NCBI GenBank assembly: GCA_032718475.1
Contig: JAUCBJ010000970.1
Coordinates: 1-64,000 of the forward strand
Length of the DNA: 64,000 nucleotides
Direction of reading: 5' to 3'
DNA from: Nemertoderma westbladi
Lineage: Eukaryota > Animalia > Xenacoelomorpha
Shown here: in pieces, positions 61,095 to 64,000 of the stretch
Numbering within the stretch: position 1 is the first letter of the stretch
Layout of the letters: each line of letters starts with the position of its first letter
The notes under the pieces: generated by a model
What the model saw: only the letters and a program-made list of their open reading frames with translations
What the model was told of the DNA's origin: nothing
Databases searched by the model: none
Made by a program: the position numbers and the translations under genes

Positions 61095-61330
61095 GCCAGC
61101 GATTATGCACAAAAGTCTGACAACTTATTTCCAGTGCGGATCCCCAGAACTATACTCCCCAGAGGAAACTCCAGTACTCATTTAGCTACCATATAAGGAT
61201 GCAAAGCACAGATGCGCCCTGGCGAGACCCTTCAAAGCATTCGAGCCGAAACGAAAACTGCCCTGGCCCCCATGCGGGGATTGAACCCACAACCTCCGAT
61301 AGATATGAATTCAATGCAACCACTACACCA
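61095..61330 (-). mobile_element. Degenerate tRNA-derived SINE
   Basis: Minus strand begins ggtgtagtggttg (A-box-like), contains gggttcaatcccc (B box) and aaatgagtac(tgg), resembling the core of the 39702 SINE. Confidence 0.6.
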
Positions 61331-61759
61331 AGTTTTGAGAGTTTAGCCGTTTTATTGTCTGTCTGTCTATGTTCTAGAAGCTTCTGAGAATTATACTAAC
61401 AACTACAGTACCAGCCACATTGCCACTTTATTGAATCCGAACACTTTACTTCCGTGGTCGTGTTGTTTTCATTTGTATGCGGTTGTGGTGGTAATGTCGT
61501 GTTTCCATTTTGGAAACGGACAAGGGCCGGTATCGCAGCACTGAGATTGGCAAGTGTCGTGCGCTATTGTCAGAGAAAGCTGAGGTAATCGTAATAGGAC
61601 AGAAAAGCAAAGAGGCGGGTAGTCGCATACTTAGCTTCCTTGCGAGTATCTGGCTCAGAATTAAGGTCAAATTAATTTCAAAGGTCATGTCGTCCTTGTA
61701 TTTATGGCAGATAGGGGGGGGGGGGGGGGGGGGGGGACTGGACGCAATAAAACTCCATC

Positions 61760-62642
61760 CCTCTCCAGGGGAAATTCGACGCAAATAATAGCTGATTATT
61801 CTCTATAAAACTGTAACGGTAACCTGTTCTATTGTGCTTAGTTTATTGTTTTGGTTAAAATAACGTGCCGCTGTAACCTGCTCCTTTCCCTAAATTGATA
61901 ATTTAACATTGAGGCGGTATATTAATTCGCCAAGGCCAATTCGCCAATATCCACACAGATTGCAAGAAGGATTACTAGACTTGAACTCGCCGATTCCATG
62001 ACTTCGGTAAACTTGTCTACTCGGCTTTTGTATACATTTTGCAACTCCTTATTGTTTGAGGAAATTCTCAAATTCTACGCTTTGGACATTCGAAGCCAGC
62101 ATACGAAGTGTGCATAGCTGCTAAGTTAAATGTAACACATGAAACAAAAATAACGTTTTACAAAAAAATATGTTTACAACAAAAAAAAACGATTCAAATA
62201 ATTACTATGTCCAGATAACATTTGGTGTGATGTTTACAGTATGAGGCAGCATTACATATTATAGCTGGTATGTATTAAGGACTCCGTATATATAATACAG
62301 TTAGTTAACTAACACAAGATATACAGCACGATCAGGATTCCAACTGTGTGGGTAAATTGTAATCCCCATACACTTTCAGGTCATTGACGCACCTTCCTCT
62401 TGCACTATTAATGTTAATTATAATTATATATTACAAATAGGGGGATTTTGGATCAATGAAACAGGGGGGAAACTCGACGCAAAACCCGCCTCATTGTTAA
62501 ATTCTCAATTTAGGGAACGGAGCAGGTTACAGTGGCACGTTATTTTAACCAAAACAATAAACTCAACACAATTGAACAGGTTACAGTTTTATTTTTGAGA
62601 GTATTCAGCTGTTATATTTGCGTCGAATTTCTCCTGGAGAGG
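61760..62642. mobile_element. Foldback/long-TIR non-autonomous element
   Basis: ~140-bp imperfect inverted repeats: cctctccaggggaaattcgacgcaaat...cctaaattg (61760-61897) vs caatttagggaac...tttgcgtcgaatttctcctggagagg (62506-62642). Related fragments occur at ~44005 and ~60090. Confidence 0.75.
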
Positions 62643-64000
62643 CAATGTAACTGCACTGTAATTGTGACTCACACCACAAAGTCTCGTTTTATTTAAAAAT
62701 TCCACCACTGACTATTATTATTCACATGATTAGTTATGATTTACAATAATTTGGTTGTGACATCAGTTATTAATTTAGGAATAGAATAATTGGTAATTTC
62801 TGGCAAGTTAATTGTGCAAGACAATGATACTTGATGAGATGAATGCATTGTAGGTACCTACAGTACCAATACGTAGCACATCTTCATGTGTACGTACAGA
62901 CTGAATATACAGTAGTAGAAAGTCCTAGCCAACTGACAATGGAATTCATAATGAACTACTGTAGACCCATAGCAAAGTTCCAATATACAGTAATTATTAA
63001 ACCTACAATAACACCACGTTAGTTGACATAGATTAGGTAATCGGATTAATACCAGGAAATCAGTTTTCTTAGCTTGATCTAAATATAATCAACGATTTCA
63101 TATACAAACAATTTAAGTAGTAAAGAAGTTTAAAGTTGTAAACAATAAAGTAGTTCTACTGTATAGTGTATATTTTAAGTTATGAATTCATTACATATAT
63201 ATAATTTATAATAAAAACATTGAATAACTATTACATCGCCATGACCTACTACAGTATAAACTATAAACCATGACCTACTAAACTAATTATAGTAGTATAC
63301 CATGTACATCATACTGCTTGTTTAACTACAAATACAAAACTACGCAAAGGATTATTTGTTGAAATCTACTCGTAAAACTTTTTGTATTTTTTAGTTGTTT
63401 AAGTCTTTATTCCTTTTTCCTTCTAGTCTTTAAGTCTGTATTCGTTGTTTAAGTGCCATCTATTGGGCATATGCGCTTTGGACGCAAAATAGCGGTGGTG
63501 TGCGACTGGTGCAAGCAATGTCAAATTGATTGCACCATTTGACTTTTATCAAACGTTCAACATTGAAATTGTGACTCACGCGACGTAAATACTGTATAGG
63601 AATGTTTAATTTTCATATTTCATGTGCCCTCATTTAAGGTTTGTAATATGTAATGGTGTTGGTTAGGAATGTTTCAGGTTGTGTTCCATATTTTATTGAA
63701 TAAAATGAAATTTAATTTAATTTCTTCCAATATATAGGCCTACGCGCCTACGGCCAACCGTTAAGTACTGTCAGTTTGTAGATGACCGTTGTGATTGATA
63801 ATACACATCGATGAGTCATAACAGCATAATAATAATTCAGTAGGCCTAATACAGTAATAGATGGGCCTTACTTACTGACTTTCCATCAGATTGTCAGATA
63901 TTTATTTCTGTATTTCAGTATTTGGTAGGCCTACCGGTCAGCCGGCAGGCCGGTAGTATGTACCATACAGCCATAGTACAGCTGGGGTGACAGACCGAAC

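Overview
Repeat-rich eukaryotic (invertebrate metazoan-like) genomic DNA; no prokaryotic operons or CRISPR arrays. (1) 1-~6400: an apparently intact two-ORF non-LTR retrotransposon. ORF2 encodes APE endonuclease + reverse transcriptase. ORF1 unusually carries 19-aa tandem repeats, a SUMO-interacting-motif-like stretch and a Ulp1/SENP (C48) cysteine-protease domain with His-Asp-Gln-Cys catalytic residues. (2) Four phase-consistent exons of a ZZEF1-like gene (16776-42959, +). Its ~22.6-kb second intron is mostly two related 40/41-bp satellites, and the 41-bp unit is a copy of the exon-3 splice acceptor plus the first exon bases. (3) An intronless F-box/LRR gene (52277-54166, +). (4) Many MITEs (hAT, PIF/Harbinger, Merlin-like, Helentron-like), tRNA-derived SINEs, decayed RTE/L2 fragments and several further satellites. 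(5) An orphan frameshifted minus-strand gene cassette at ~11-13 kb, bounded by diverged direct repeats and containing a perfect 17-bp hairpin. All family assignments come from reading motifs by eye; no database searches were run.
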